NCBI GenBank assembly: GCA_964355645.1
Contig: CAYHDI010000001.1
Span: forward strand, 92,897 to 156,896
Reading direction: 5' to 3'
Source: an uncultured Candidatus Saccharibacteria bacterium
GTDB taxonomy: Bacteria; Patescibacteriota; Minisyncoccia; Phycocordibacterales; Zambryskibacteraceae
DNA: 64,000 bases
How positions within the stretch are numbered: the stretch's first letter is position 1; each line of letters starts with the position of its first letter. This document shows, one piece after another, positions 1-9,846 of the stretch. Position numbers and translations under genes: made by a program. Under the pieces are notes generated by a model, which saw nothing but the letters and a program-made list of their open reading frames with translations, was not told the origin of the DNA and made no database searches.

Positions 1-1003
1 TGTCACTTGAAATAGATTGGAAACAATCCGTGAGATATCGATGATTCACATTAATAACAAGGTCTGCTCCTTCTATCACCGCCTCAACGGCATAGACATT
101 TTCTCCAACATTATTGTTTTTTGATTCAATTTCAAAGAGTTTTTTAGAAGGAGCGAGGGTTATTCTGAGTTGATTGAGGGAGTCTGAAAAAACAAGGGCT
201 GTTTTCAGAGAGTTAATTAAATCTTGCTTGAGGACAACGGCTTTGGATGTGGTTTCTTTCGGAATAATTTGTTTGTAGTCCGGGAAAACCCCATCAATAA
301 TCCTTGATGTAAGATAAATTCCTCCTCCTCGAAAAGCAATTTGGTTTTCTTCTATAGAAAGAGAGATATCCTCGTTGATTGAATCGAAAACTCGAACGAT
401 TTCCGCTGCGTTTTTTTGAGGAATTAAAACTTGTTTAAAGTTTGGAATTTTTTTTGTTTTTATTTTCTTTTCAGCTAGTCTAAATGAGTCTGTGGATACA
501 AATACGAGATGGTCTTCCTCCCGAGTTAAATAAATGGAAGAGAGCTCAGGCTTCATACTTCCAGTAGAAGCCGCGTACATGACCGATTTGAGGCCAATAA
601 CAAGGTCTTTTGATGGTAGAGAGAAATTCTCTTCGTCTTTTATTTCGGGAATGATTGGAAAATCTTCAGTTGATAAGGTTTTTATGGATGTTTCCGTACT
701 ACTTGTCTCAATGTGTAGGGTTTGGTCTTTAGTATTTAGAATAATACTTTTATCTTTGGTTAATGAATTAAGGAAAGAATTCAAAACATGAGCTGGAACA
801 ACTATTTCCCCAGGTTCAACAATTTTTACCGGGATTGAAATTAAGATTCCTAAATCAAGATTAGTGGCCCGAATGTTTAGAGTATTTTTTTTCGCTTCCA
901 AATAAAGTCCAGAAAGAATCGGGAGGGTTGGATTTCTACCCGCAATCTTTTCCGCTCTCCCCACCGCATCCGCGAGCCTGTCTCTAATGCATTCTATTTT
1001 CAT
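1..1003 (-). CDS. dnaN: DNA polymerase III beta sliding clamp, 3'-partial (runs off window start)
   Basis: Minus-strand translation from the ATG at 1003 gives MKIECIRDRLADAVGRAEKIAGRNPTLPILSGLYLEAKKNTLNIRATNLDLGI..., which matches the DnaN N-terminus. It sits downstream of dnaA in the classic arrangement. It is absent from the ORF track because there is no stop codon within the window. Confidence 0.8.
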   Translation of the reverse strand, partial: MKIECIRDRLADAVGRAEKIAGRNPTLPILSGLYLEAKKNTLNIRATNLDLGILISIPVKIVEPGEIVVPAHVLNSFLNSLTKDKSIILNTKDQTLHIETSSTETSIKTLSTEDFPIIPEIKDEENFSLPSKDLVIGLKSVMYAASTGSMKPELSSIYLTREEDHLVFVSTDSFRLAEKKIKTKKIPNFKQVLIPQKNAAEIVRVFDSINEDISLSIEENQIAFRGGGIYLTSRIIDGVFPDYKQIIPKETTSKAVVLKQDLINSLKTALVFSDSLNQLRITLAPSKKLFEIESKNNNVGENVYAVEAVIEGADLVINVNHRYLTDCFQSISSD

Positions 1004-1213
1004 ATAAATACTTGTTAATACTATTAGTTCTGTGGATAAGTGGATAGCCTATTTAACCAATCATGACAACATATTCTAGACACCGAAAAATTTTTCTTGT
1101 GGATAGCCGAAGAAAAGAAATTTAAACAAAGATTTATTTTTTGAAATAAATCAATTATTCTCATCTTTTCCTGCCCCCTATCAACATGTTTGTACTCGTT
1201 TCTCAACATATTA
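1004..1213. promoter_or_regulatory. dnaA-dnaN intergenic region with DnaA boxes (oriC candidate / DnaA autoregulation)
   Basis: Perfect TGTGGATAA at 1031-1039 and a 1-mismatch TGTGGATAG at 1098-1106, with a further near-box at 1040-1048. An AT-rich tract follows (aaatttaaacaaagatttattttttgaaataaatcaattattc). Confidence 0.5.
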
Positions 1214-2563
1214 TTACACAATTAAAAGATTTCTAATTTGAGCAATCTCTTGAGAAAGAGCCACGTCTTCCTTAAGGTCGTTCTTCATTTTTTCACACGA
1301 ATGGATGACTGTCGTGTGATCTCTCCCCCCCAGTTTTTGACCAATCGACGGATAAGAGATATTAAAATCCTCCCTTAAGAGATACATAATAATTTGTCTC
1401 GGTCGGATAACCTCCTTTCTTCTTGTTTTCTCATAAATACTTTCTTCTTCTATAGAATAAAAATCGGAAACAATCTTCACAATATCCTTTACGGAAACAT
1501 TTCTTTTTGGCTTGGTGCTTGTTTTCACAAAATTTCTTACTTCGTTCATGGTTATTTCCTTCCCCTTGAGTTCGGCGTGGCAAATTAGAGTATTAAGAAT
1601 CCCTTCAAGATCTCTGATGTTCCCGTTCACTGTGTGGGCCAGATAATCAATAATTTCTTGGGAAAGAGCGAGCCCCTGCCCGGAAGCCTTTTTAGTGATA
1701 ATAGCGATTCTAGACTCTTCATCAGGAGGCGGAATGTCTATAACCATTCCGGCTGAAAAGCGAGATTTAAGGCGCTCCTCAAGGCCAGAGATGAAATGAG
1801 GGTTCTTGTCGGACGAGAGAATAATTTGTTTGTTGTTGTCGTAGAGGCTATTAAAAAGATGGAAAAGCTCCTCCTGGAATTTTTGTTTGTCAGTGAAGAA
1901 TTGAACATCGTCCATAATGATGACGTCGTATTTTCGGTATTTCTCCTTGAAAGAAGCCATTTTTTGGTACTGCAAGGCGTTCATACAATCCTGGCAGAAC
2001 CTTTCAGAGGTCATGTAGTAAACTTTCTTGTTTGGATTGGTTTTTTTAATATGGTTACCGATGGCCTGAACCAAATGGGTTTTCCCGTGTCCAGTAGAAC
2101 CGTAGATAAACAAAGGGTTGTATAGCACCCCGGGGTTTTTAATCACAGCCTGGGCGGCCGCATGAGCCAGCTCATTAAAAGGTCCAACAACAAAAGTTTC
2201 AAAGGTATAGCGGGGGTTGAGGTTGTCCTCCTTGTTCACGGTTATTTCAGGAATTGGCAGTTCATTCATTCCTAAATACCCAGAAATGGCTCGGTCTTCT
2301 CTCCTACGAGATTCTTCCTTGTTTATCACATATTCCACGCTATGCACCGAGCTTTCGAGAGAACGAAGAGTTTTAAGAATAGTGTTGTGATATCTCTCAA
2401 GAAGCCACTCCTTCACAAATGCGTTGGGGACAGAAAGAACTATTACCCCACCCTCTTCTTTCACAATACGGGTATCTTTAAACCAAGTAGTGAAATTTGC
2501 TTTTGAAACACCAAGTTCTATTTCGACTAGAACGCTCTGCCAAAGTTGTTTCGGATCAATCAT
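1214..2563 (-). CDS. dnaA: chromosomal replication initiator DnaA
   Basis: Walker A GSTGHGKTHL, the IIMDDVQF box, and the C-terminal DNA-binding domain (GGRDHTTVIHSCEKM) over a 449-aa product. Confidence 0.95.
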   Translation of the reverse strand: MIDPKQLWQSVLVEIELGVSKANFTTWFKDTRIVKEEGGVIVLSVPNAFVKEWLLERYHNTILKTLRSLESSVHSVEYVINKEESRRREDRAISGYLGMNELPIPEITVNKEDNLNPRYTFETFVVGPFNELAHAAAQAVIKNPGVLYNPLFIYGSTGHGKTHLVQAIGNHIKKTNPNKKVYYMTSERFCQDCMNALQYQKMASFKEKYRKYDVIIMDDVQFFTDKQKFQEELFHLFNSLYDNNKQIILSSDKNPHFISGLEERLKSRFSAGMVIDIPPPDEESRIAIITKKASGQGLALSQEIIDYLAHTVNGNIRDLEGILNTLICHAELKGKEITMNEVRNFVKTSTKPKRNVSVKDIVKIVSDFYSIEEESIYEKTRRKEVIRPRQIIMYLLREDFNISYPSIGQKLGGRDHTTVIHSCEKMKNDLKEDVALSQEIAQIRNLLIV

Positions 2564-2670
2564 GGTTTTTGTATCAAAGTTCTAGTAGTATATCCTCCGA
2601 GCCAGAGACACAAAACTTGTAAAAGAGCATAAACATGTTTATAATGTGTTTATAACTTACTTCGAAATTC

Positions 2671-2805
2671 ATGTCTATAACATACCAACCAAAGAAAAGA
2701 AAGAGGGCCAGAGCCCATGGATTCAGAAAACGAGCCAAAACCACCGGAGGTCAAAGAGTAGTTAGGGCCCGCCGCAGAAAAGGTCGAACAAAGCTCGCGG
2801 CTTAA
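2671..2805 (+). CDS. rpmH: 50S ribosomal protein L34
   Basis: A 44-aa ORF below the ORF-track cutoff: [44 protein letters not shown]. It has the canonical L34 sequence and the canonical position upstream of rnpA. Confidence 0.85.
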   Translation: MSITYQPKKRKRARAHGFRKRAKTTGGQRVVRARRRKGRTKLAA

Positions 2806-2808
2806 TCC

Positions 2809-3162
2809 ATGCTTCCCAAAAAATTACGAATTCCACGTAAACTTTTTTCAGAGCTTCTTCTTAATTCAAGATATACCAATTCCCCCATTTTCTCGTTGCG
2901 CTTTGTTGTTGATTCTTCAATAAAAGAAACAAGAGTTGGTGTTTCTGTTTCCAAAAAGATTTCCAAAAGCGCGGTGGTTAGAAATAAAGTTCGTCGTCGG
3001 ATTTATGATGCGCTTAAACCAATCATTTCTAATTTTCCGAACGGTCTTTTTCTTTTTATTACCAAACCAGGCATAGAAAAATTCAAAAAAGAAAAATTAG
3101 CCGATGAATTAAAAGGACTTCTAGAAAAAGGGCCGTTTGTTCTGGGAGATAAAAAAAGTTAA
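2809..3162 (+). CDS. rnpA: RNase P protein component
   Basis: 117-aa basic protein (VGVSVSKKISKSAVVRNKVRRRI) in the rpmH-rnpA-yidC synteny. Confidence 0.85.
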   Translation: MLPKKLRIPRKLFSELLLNSRYTNSPIFSLRFVVDSSIKETRVGVSVSKKISKSAVVRNKVRRRIYDALKPIISNFPNGLFLFITKPGIEKFKKEKLADELKGLLEKGPFVLGDKKS

Positions 3163-3176
3163 ACTAATACGACCGA

Positions 3177-3914
3177 ATGACCGCCTTCTATCACATTTTT
3201 ATTCACGATCCCTTGTACAACGGTTTAATTGGTATCTTCACCTTGTTGCCGTGGGCGGACGCTGGTGTGGCCATCATTATTCTCACTTGTGTGGTTCGTC
3301 TTATTCTCTTCCCTCTTTCAAGGAAGGCGGTGCACACTCAAGTGAAGATGCAGGAAATCAATCCGGCTCTGGCTCTAATAAAAGAAAAATACAAAGACAA
3401 TTCTCAAGAACAGGCCAAGAAGACTTTGGAGCTTTATAAAGAAAAAGGGGTTAATCCATTCTCCGGAGTTTTGGTTCTTTTAATCCAACTTCCAATCATT
3501 CTTGCTCTTTATAGAATTTTCTTATATTCAGGATTGCCAGCTGTAAATAGTTCGATCTTGTATTCTTTTATTCATGCTCCCACTCAAATCAATACAGTTT
3601 TCCTTGGGTTAATAAATCTCACTGAAAAAAGTGTGGTCCTCGCTGTTCTTGCCGCCGTCACCACCTTTTTCCAATTAAAATTAGCGGCTCCTATCCCTAC
3701 TAATAAATCAAAAGATGGCTCGAAATCTTTCGGAGACAACCTGGCTCAAAGTATGCAAACCCAAATGAAATATTTTTTCCCAGTCCTCGTGTTTTTTATT
3801 TCATATAAAATCTCCGGAGTGATTGCTCTTTATTGGTTGGTGTCAAACCTCTTCACTATTGGACAGGAAATCGTGGTTAGAAGAAAACTGAAAGCAAAGA
3901 TTAGTTTAGTTTAA
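3177..3914 (+). CDS. yidC: membrane protein insertase YidC/Oxa1 (short form)
   Basis: Multi-TM protein with the conserved YidC core (RLILFPLSRKAVHTQVKMQEINPALALIKEKYKD..., NPFSG). Lies downstream of rnpA. Confidence 0.9.
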   Translation: MTAFYHIFIHDPLYNGLIGIFTLLPWADAGVAIIILTCVVRLILFPLSRKAVHTQVKMQEINPALALIKEKYKDNSQEQAKKTLELYKEKGVNPFSGVLVLLIQLPIILALYRIFLYSGLPAVNSSILYSFIHAPTQINTVFLGLINLTEKSVVLAVLAAVTTFFQLKLAAPIPTNKSKDGSKSFGDNLAQSMQTQMKYFFPVLVFFISYKISGVIALYWLVSNLFTIGQEIVVRRKLKAKISLV

Positions 3915-5127
3915 GCGCCCACAAAGTCAAATCATTTTTATTCATGAAGAAGAGATAATCTTCATTAGGAGAAAGGCTTGGATTAATCAGATCTATATCT
4001 GTTCCAGAGTCTTTTTTAGGTTCAAAAAGAATTTCGCTTGTGTAGGTGATAATACTAAATCTCCAAATTTGATCAGAAAAATGAGTTATCCCTTGATACC
4101 AATTATCAGGTTCACCAGGACCAATAGTTGTGCTTGGAGTTCCACAATACAAAACCCCCGCACTCTTTTTGCTCCAAATACATTTATCTGCAAACGTTGT
4201 GGGCAAAATTTGGTCGCTTAAGCCATCAGACAAGTTTTTAAATTCAAACACAGTCTTACCATTTGAAACATAGGAGTAAACAACCCTCTTCCCGTCCGAG
4301 CTTTCTGAAAAGGTCAAAGCGTTTAATGGCCCAATAATTTTAGTTAATCTTCCTGTCGTTGGATTTAAATTATAAGCGAAACCCGAGACGGCTGAACTGG
4401 CTTTAGTAACCAAACTAACAATATTTGTATTTGGCCAAGACATTCTCCAATCAGTGAATCCAGATGAAAGGAGATTTGTCCCCTTGCTTCCATCAAAGGC
4501 GGAGGAGACAATCGATCCAGAATTTCCTAAAACATAAACCAACAGATTAGTTGGTCCCACAGACACATCTTTGATATCACCGATTAGATTTGTGGCTTTT
4601 ATTGTATACAAACTATCGGTAGTTGTTGCTTTGGGGGCGGTGAGGGACAAAGAAATGTTTTCAACTGTGTCGCTATCCCCTTTCAAATCTCTCAAAAGAA
4701 CTGATGAGCCATCGTTCTTGAAATAAGCCTCTTGGATTTTTGGAAAAGTGGTATTTGTGATTTTAGTTTTTTCTAATGTAATCGGGCTGACATCATAAAT
4801 ATGACCAGTAGCCCGATCTACGTAGCGGACGACCGTCTCCCCAGACTTTTTGTTGAAGGCAACCATTCCGGCGACAGGTTGTTCAGAAACACGAAAGAGT
4901 TTAGCTATGGGTTTCCCTTGAGCATCAAGGCCTGTAGGAGTGTTTTGACCGGTTGAAGTATTTGCTCCGATAGGAATATTTTCTCCACCTTGTCCAAAAG
5001 GTGAACCGGTTCCAGTTGTTGGAATTGCCGGTGTGGTCGGTTTGCTAAAAAAGAAATACCAACTTAAAAAACTAACAATTATTACCGCGACGATTCCGAT
5101 TATTATTACTGTAGTTTTTCTGGTCAT
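3901..5127 (-). CDS. hypothetical membrane-anchored extracytoplasmic protein (first gene of T4SS-like cluster, reading direction reversed)
   Basis: N-terminal TM helix (VIIIGIVAVIIVSFLSWYFFF) followed by a long beta-rich domain. No recognisable motif. Confidence 0.5.
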   Translation of the reverse strand: MTRKTTVIIIGIVAVIIVSFLSWYFFFSKPTTPAIPTTGTGSPFGQGGENIPIGANTSTGQNTPTGLDAQGKPIAKLFRVSEQPVAGMVAFNKKSGETVVRYVDRATGHIYDVSPITLEKTKITNTTFPKIQEAYFKNDGSSVLLRDLKGDSDTVENISLSLTAPKATTTDSLYTIKATNLIGDIKDVSVGPTNLLVYVLGNSGSIVSSAFDGSKGTNLLSSGFTDWRMSWPNTNIVSLVTKASSAVSGFAYNLNPTTGRLTKIIGPLNALTFSESSDGKRVVYSYVSNGKTVFEFKNLSDGLSDQILPTTFADKCIWSKKSAGVLYCGTPSTTIGPGEPDNWYQGITHFSDQIWRFSIITYTSEILFEPKKDSGTDIDLINPSLSPNEDYLFFMNKNDLTLWALKLN

Positions 5128-5130
5128 AAA

Positions 5131-6105
5131 TTAGTAGCTTATATGGAAACTAGGAGCAGTATTATATTTATAGTCCGATGATTTTGAAACGTCCCTCAGA
5201 ATAGCTGGATCTACTCCAGCTGCTGACAAATCATTGTAATTAGCAGTATTGACTTCAAAAATAACCCCAAGATCATTTGTTCTTATAACTTTAGCAAAGG
5301 CATTGATTTCATCTGTCTGCGCTCTAGTTGGTTTCCCCGAAACATACTTATTTGTAGTAAGGTTGGTGTCTATACAACTCCCAATACTATGACAGTTAGC
5401 AGAATGTGGGCTTGTAGTTGGCCACGCTTCCGTGACTTGCCATCCAAATACTATTAGAGAAGCTGCCACTTTTAATTTTTGAAGTAGACCAGCGTTCATT
5501 GATGAATTATTTTTGAAAGACAATCCCTGAATTCCCAAACCGCTTGTGCAATTTATACAAGTACACGGTGCCTTGGTACCGTTTTTGTCTACTACACAAC
5601 TTGAGGTCGCGTTAATTCCCAATGTTTCGGGAGTAGTTGATCCAAGATCTGTACTTATCGGCGCTCCGACTCTTAACCCAGCAATATCAAATTTAAAGGT
5701 AACTAAGTTTGGATTGAGAGTATACAAAATGATGTAAGCACTTATGGCGAGTAGAAGCCCAATGAGAGCATTGTTGATAGTTTCCTTCGCATCACTTTTC
5801 TTTTCGAAAGCATCAGAAGTCATATATTGAATACCGCCCATCATGATTCGAAGAACCGCCAGGGCTCCAGCAATGCCTATGATTAGTTTGATTACCGCGG
5901 GGATGTAAGTGTTTATGTTTACCGGAGTCTTCGCGTTTTCAGAAATTCCAGGAAGTGCAGTCAACGGGCAATAGCCGTCTGGTCCAGGAACACAGGTGGT
6001 TTGTGCATAAATCGGCGCAACGTTCACTAAAAACATAAGAGTGATGAAAGTGAATGCGAAGAATTTAAAAAAAGATTTCATATTATAAATTATTTTGAAC
6101 ACCAA
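5131..6105 (-). CDS. VirB2/TrbC-like T4SS pilin with ~170-aa Cys-rich C-terminal extension
   Basis: Signal peptide, then two hydrophobic helices separated by a short charged loop (IPAVIKLIIGIAGALAVLRIMMGGIQYMTSDAFEKKSDAKETINNALIGLLLAISAYIILY), the hallmark of TrbC/VirB2 pilins. There is no type IV prepilin G|F motif. The Cys-rich tail is unusual. Confidence 0.5.
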   Translation of the reverse strand: MVFKIIYNMKSFFKFFAFTFITLMFLVNVAPIYAQTTCVPGPDGYCPLTALPGISENAKTPVNINTYIPAVIKLIIGIAGALAVLRIMMGGIQYMTSDAFEKKSDAKETINNALIGLLLAISAYIILYTLNPNLVTFKFDIAGLRVGAPISTDLGSTTPETLGINATSSCVVDKNGTKAPCTCINCTSGLGIQGLSFKNNSSMNAGLLQKLKVAASLIVFGWQVTEAWPTTSPHSANCHSIGSCIDTNLTTNKYVSGKPTRAQTDEINAFAKVIRTNDLGVIFEVNTANYNDLSAAGVDPAILRDVSKSSDYKYNTAPSFHISY

Positions 6106-7102
6106 ATTCTATACTCATTGATTTCTCTATGGTTTGAAGAATATTGTTTGAATTTTCTATTTTTAAACCAAGAGTTGAGTTCCCTGCCACCCCTTGTTGG
6201 CCCCGGAGAGTAATAGAGTTTTGGTTTGGGGAGCTAATGTTCGAACCGTTCAGGGTCCAAGTATATTTTAGGGCGCCAGCCTGCAAATCCTTGTTTGAGA
6301 AAAAGTATGGGACCCCGATTACATTTACTTCGGAGGCAGAAAGTTTGAAACCGTTTCCAAGTTCTTGGTTATAAAGAATGCCGAGAAGAGGATTATTCTC
6401 ATAAAAAAGAATTATTGGAAAATCAGGTCGCATGGAGATTGAACTTTTTGTCACAATACTTTTATCAAGGGTAGAGGCCACCACTGAAACATTCATGGGT
6501 AATCCAAGGATAGAATCCACGAGAGTAAGGGAATTTTTCCCCGTACCAGAGAGACTCCCGAGAACGCTCCCATCTTTCGACCAAGTATAAATAACATTTT
6601 TAGGACTCACGACATTTCCATTTTGGTCGATGATGTTTGGTATGGCCACGAAAGTGATACTTCCCTGATTAGTAAACATAGCTCTACCTTTATAAAATGG
6701 TGGTACATATGAATCTCCTTGCCAGAGGAGGTCGACGCTTGCTGGAGTAAGGGTGATGGTTTTTTGAAATGAGTCTCCGTTTGAGGGTTGAATCGAGAGA
6801 TCAACCGAGGTGACAGTGCCTATATTTCCAGTTTTTAATTTCAAAACTTTTTGTCCCATTCCATCCTGAACCGTTTTTCCATTTACAGCCCAAGTGATTT
6901 GAGCACTGTTTAAATCAGTCGAATAGCTTTCAATTCTTATAATCACATCAGTATTTGGCCCAGGGTTCTCCGGGTTTATGCTGACATCAATATTTTCAGA
7001 CAATTGCTGTAAGGCTGCTTCAGGAGAAAGTTGGGCGTGAGTAAAAGCTGGAAGTAGGGAGAAAGAAGAAAGGAGGAGAATAAGTAATATTCTGGATTTC
7101 AT
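6083..7102 (-). CDS. secreted hypothetical protein (T4SS-like cluster)
   Basis: Signal peptide MKSRILLILLLSSFSLLPAFTHA, then a beta-rich mature domain with no motif. Confidence 0.5.
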   Translation of the reverse strand: MKSRILLILLLSSFSLLPAFTHAQLSPEAALQQLSENIDVSINPENPGPNTDVIIRIESYSTDLNSAQITWAVNGKTVQDGMGQKVLKLKTGNIGTVTSVDLSIQPSNGDSFQKTITLTPASVDLLWQGDSYVPPFYKGRAMFTNQGSITFVAIPNIIDQNGNVVSPKNVIYTWSKDGSVLGSLSGTGKNSLTLVDSILGLPMNVSVVASTLDKSIVTKSSISMRPDFPIILFYENNPLLGILYNQELGNGFKLSASEVNVIGVPYFFSNKDLQAGALKYTWTLNGSNISSPNQNSITLRGQQGVAGNSTLGLKIENSNNILQTIEKSMSIEFGVQNNL

Positions 7103-7120
7103 ACTTCTATTATATACGTT

Positions 7121-7546
7121 CTATAGCGGTTTGTTTAACCTTTTCCCCACGTCCTCTATTTTGTTGGTAATTTTCCCCGCTCTTTCTAAAGATTTATCCA
7201 AAATTGGTAAGGCTTTCTCAATCTTACCCTCAGCTTTGTCCCAAGCCATGATTAGAATTACGTCCAATGTCCAAAGAGGCAGTGCGTCTATAATCGGGAG
7301 CTCTTCTCCAACGAAAGAGGCTATCAGTGAAAGTATTTTCTTGGCATTCAATTTCACTCCCCTCAACCAGAAATAGGCGGGTAATACCATTCCCACTACG
7401 ATATCTATAAATCTGTTAGCAATAACTCCTATAGCAAACATGTCCAAAACAATTTGAACCACATCTACTGTGGCCACAGCCCCAATGACCAATCCCCATT
7501 CGAAGTTTGGTATTTTACTGCCCTGTTGTGGTTGTTGCTCCGGCAT
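7121..7546 (-). CDS. small two-TM membrane protein (possible VirB3-like accessory)
   Basis: 141 aa with two hydrophobic helices and a charged C-tail. Its start overlaps the end of the VirB4 ATPase gene. Confidence 0.4.
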   Translation of the reverse strand: MPEQQPQQGSKIPNFEWGLVIGAVATVDVVQIVLDMFAIGVIANRFIDIVVGMVLPAYFWLRGVKLNAKKILSLIASFVGEELPIIDALPLWTLDVILIMAWDKAEGKIEKALPILDKSLERAGKITNKIEDVGKRLNKPL

Positions 7547-9395
7547 TATTTATAGGATTAGGTGACACAATAGGAACTTCCTTTTCTGTTTCAAGTTCCT
7601 GGCGCGCTTTTTTCATGGCAAGGACTTGTGAAGGGTCTGAAGTAATGATTTGGTCCTCGGTGTATGAAGCGATAGCTTTGATGGCCACATGCTTAAGCCC
7701 AGCGAAGAAGATTCCTTCCCCCACATCAGATTCTAGAAGAAGATATTTCTCTTCATCGGTCAGATTAAATGTTTTCTGTAGGTCATCAATAATAGTTGGA
7801 GATTGTTTGAGGAGAATTTGAATCGAAGAGTTTGTGATGATAGGCAAACCGTATGGAGATTTGAGGAAGTCGCCAACGTCTTGAGTGATGGTGGCTATCC
7901 CAAGATAATATTTGCGTCCACGCTTGGCTAGGCCCATGAGGAATGAAGCCGTGTCTTCGGATTTCATCATCCACCACGCTTCGTCTATCACGAGGAGCCT
8001 CTTCTTGAGCTCTTTGCGGATAGCATTCCAGATGAAGTGCATAACGATATACATGGCGATAGGTTTGAGCTCGTCTTCCATGTCTCGCAGAGAGAAGACC
8101 ACGAACTTTTTGTTTATGTCTACATTTGTGGGTCGATTAATGAAGCCGGACCATGTACCTTTCGTGTATTTGGTCAAACGTTGAGCCAGCGATTCTCCTC
8201 CCTCGAGACCGGAGAGAACAAGTTCGAAGTCGGACATGAGAGGAGGCTCAACGGTTCTGAAATCTGATTCAGCGGTGATGTCTTTGAGCGCATAAGTTTC
8301 GGTGATGGCTCGGTCAATAATCGCATCCTCTTCGGCCGTCAGTCCGCCCATCATCAATCTGAACAATCCGACGAGATTAATAATATTTGAACGCAAGACA
8401 TTCGCGCTTGATTCATCCGGACCGGGTACAGGGAGGTCGAACGGATTAATGTGGTGTTCAGAATTAAGAGAGATTTTGAAATATCTTCCACCGGTGGCCT
8501 CGGCCATGTATTCGTATTCATTTTCTGGATCGAGACACAAAACTTCGGTGTCAAACATCAAAGTTCGAAGAATTTCTAGTTTGGTGGCATAAGATTTTCC
8601 TGCCCCAGCCTTCGCGAACATGATTGAGTTGTAGTTTTCGAGGGAGAATCGATCGAAGAGAACGAGAGATGAATTGTGTCTGTTTATCCCGTACAAAATT
8701 CCTTTGTCTGAAGTGAGGTCGAATGAGGTGAATGGGAAGAGTGATGAAAGCGGAGAAGAATTCAATTTAGAATGCACGGCGAGAAGGTCGTTCCCGAGAG
8801 GAAGAGTGCTTTGGTATCCTTGTTCTTGTTGAAAGAGGGCCGGTTTGATATATACAAGCTTCGCATCAAGAATAGATTTGATTTCCGTTTCTACTTTGTC
8901 GAGTTCTGCTTCGTTGTCTGCATAAATAGTGATGTACAAACCAACATCAAAAAGTTTTTCTTGAGCTTGTTGAAGTTGGTCGCGCAAATTCTCGAGGTCT
9001 TGATAAGCCACATCAAGCATTGGGTCACGCACGAGACCTTTGTCTTCTCTCGTATGAATCTGGCTCTGAACCTCGGCTACTTTCTTTTGAAATTGTCTGA
9101 GCACTTTTGAAGTTTCGACCGGGTGAACAAAGATAGAAACGTCGAAAACTTTATCCATGTTGATAATCGGGGCGAACCAACTTTCAGAAAGGAATCTAGG
9201 ATAAGAGATGACGAAGAAACTACGAAGAATCTTTTCTCCAAGGTTTATTTCTTTCGGGGTGACGGAGAGAGCCGAAGGGGCGATGATGTCTTTCAATTCA
9301 AGCACCCCGGCTTGAAATATTTCTTGAGGCAGGATAGAAGCGATGTCCGGCTTCGCGTTTTCTTTCCCTCCAAATAAGTTTGAAAAAAAACTCAT
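7515..9395 (-). CDS. VirB4/TrbE/PrgJ-family T4SS ATPase, C-terminal (ATPase) portion
   Basis: Walker A FAKAGAGKSYAT and Walker B LLVIDEAWWMM with the surrounding conserved VirB4 architecture. The VirB4 N-terminal domain is absent from this ORF. Confidence 0.85.
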   Translation of the reverse strand: MSFFSNLFGGKENAKPDIASILPQEIFQAGVLELKDIIAPSALSVTPKEINLGEKILRSFFVISYPRFLSESWFAPIINMDKVFDVSIFVHPVETSKVLRQFQKKVAEVQSQIHTREDKGLVRDPMLDVAYQDLENLRDQLQQAQEKLFDVGLYITIYADNEAELDKVETEIKSILDAKLVYIKPALFQQEQGYQSTLPLGNDLLAVHSKLNSSPLSSLFPFTSFDLTSDKGILYGINRHNSSLVLFDRFSLENYNSIMFAKAGAGKSYATKLEILRTLMFDTEVLCLDPENEYEYMAEATGGRYFKISLNSEHHINPFDLPVPGPDESSANVLRSNIINLVGLFRLMMGGLTAEEDAIIDRAITETYALKDITAESDFRTVEPPLMSDFELVLSGLEGGESLAQRLTKYTKGTWSGFINRPTNVDINKKFVVFSLRDMEDELKPIAMYIVMHFIWNAIRKELKKRLLVIDEAWWMMKSEDTASFLMGLAKRGRKYYLGIATITQDVGDFLKSPYGLPIITNSSIQILLKQSPTIIDDLQKTFNLTDEEKYLLLESDVGEGIFFAGLKHVAIKAIASYTEDQIITSDPSQVLAMKKARQELETEKEVPIVSPNPINNAGATTTTGQ

Positions 9396-9443
9396 AGACT
9401 AATTATCAATGAACAATGAACAATAAACAATGGACAGAAATGA

Positions 9444-9803
9444 TCATGTTTTTAATTTTTTCTTAAAACCACCCAATTGCCGGGCAATACTAGACGCTTT
9501 TTCTTTGGCTATCAAGAAGTCTTTTTGATCAATTAGGTTGTTTGTTTTTAGAATGTCAACATTTGCTACTGTTTCATATAAAGAACCCAGCGCTATATCG
9601 AGAAAGTGGGAAAAATCCTTTCTAGAAGCTTTTCCGCTTCCTTCCGCAATATTAAGCACTATTGAGGAACTCGACCTTATCAGTTGAGCACTTAACTCAA
9701 ATCTGTATTCCTTTGGTAATTTTCTTATTATTCCTAGACAAAATGAAGACAAATCCTGGGCATCTTTGTAAACTGGCCAGTCTAGAAAATTGAATTGGTT
9801 CAC
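9444..9803 (-). CDS. four-helix-bundle protein (TIGR02436-like, '23S rRNA intervening-sequence protein' family)
   Basis: 119 aa with GTG start; LNIAEGSGKASRKDFSHFLDIALGSLYE is characteristic of the family. Lies between the two halves of virB4. Confidence 0.75.
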   Translation of the reverse strand: MNQFNFLDWPVYKDAQDLSSFCLGIIRKLPKEYRFELSAQLIRSSSSIVLNIAEGSGKASRKDFSHFLDIALGSLYETVANVDILKTNNLIDQKDFLIAKEKASSIARQLGGFKKKLKT

Positions 9804-9846
9804 TTGTTAATTGTTTATTATTTATTGTGCATCAAGCCTTTGAAAG

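Noticed and set aside
534-791. Plus-strand 85-aa ORF from the six-frame track
   Set aside because: It lies antisense inside the dnaN coding region (the minus-strand frame matches DnaN clearly) and has no motif.
9396-9443. CAATGAA/CAATAAA short tandem repeats (and similar at 10500-10570) considered as a possible CRISPR array
   Set aside because: Units are only ~7 nt with no 25-40-nt repeat/spacer periodicity and no cas genes. Interpreted as leader-region repeats instead.
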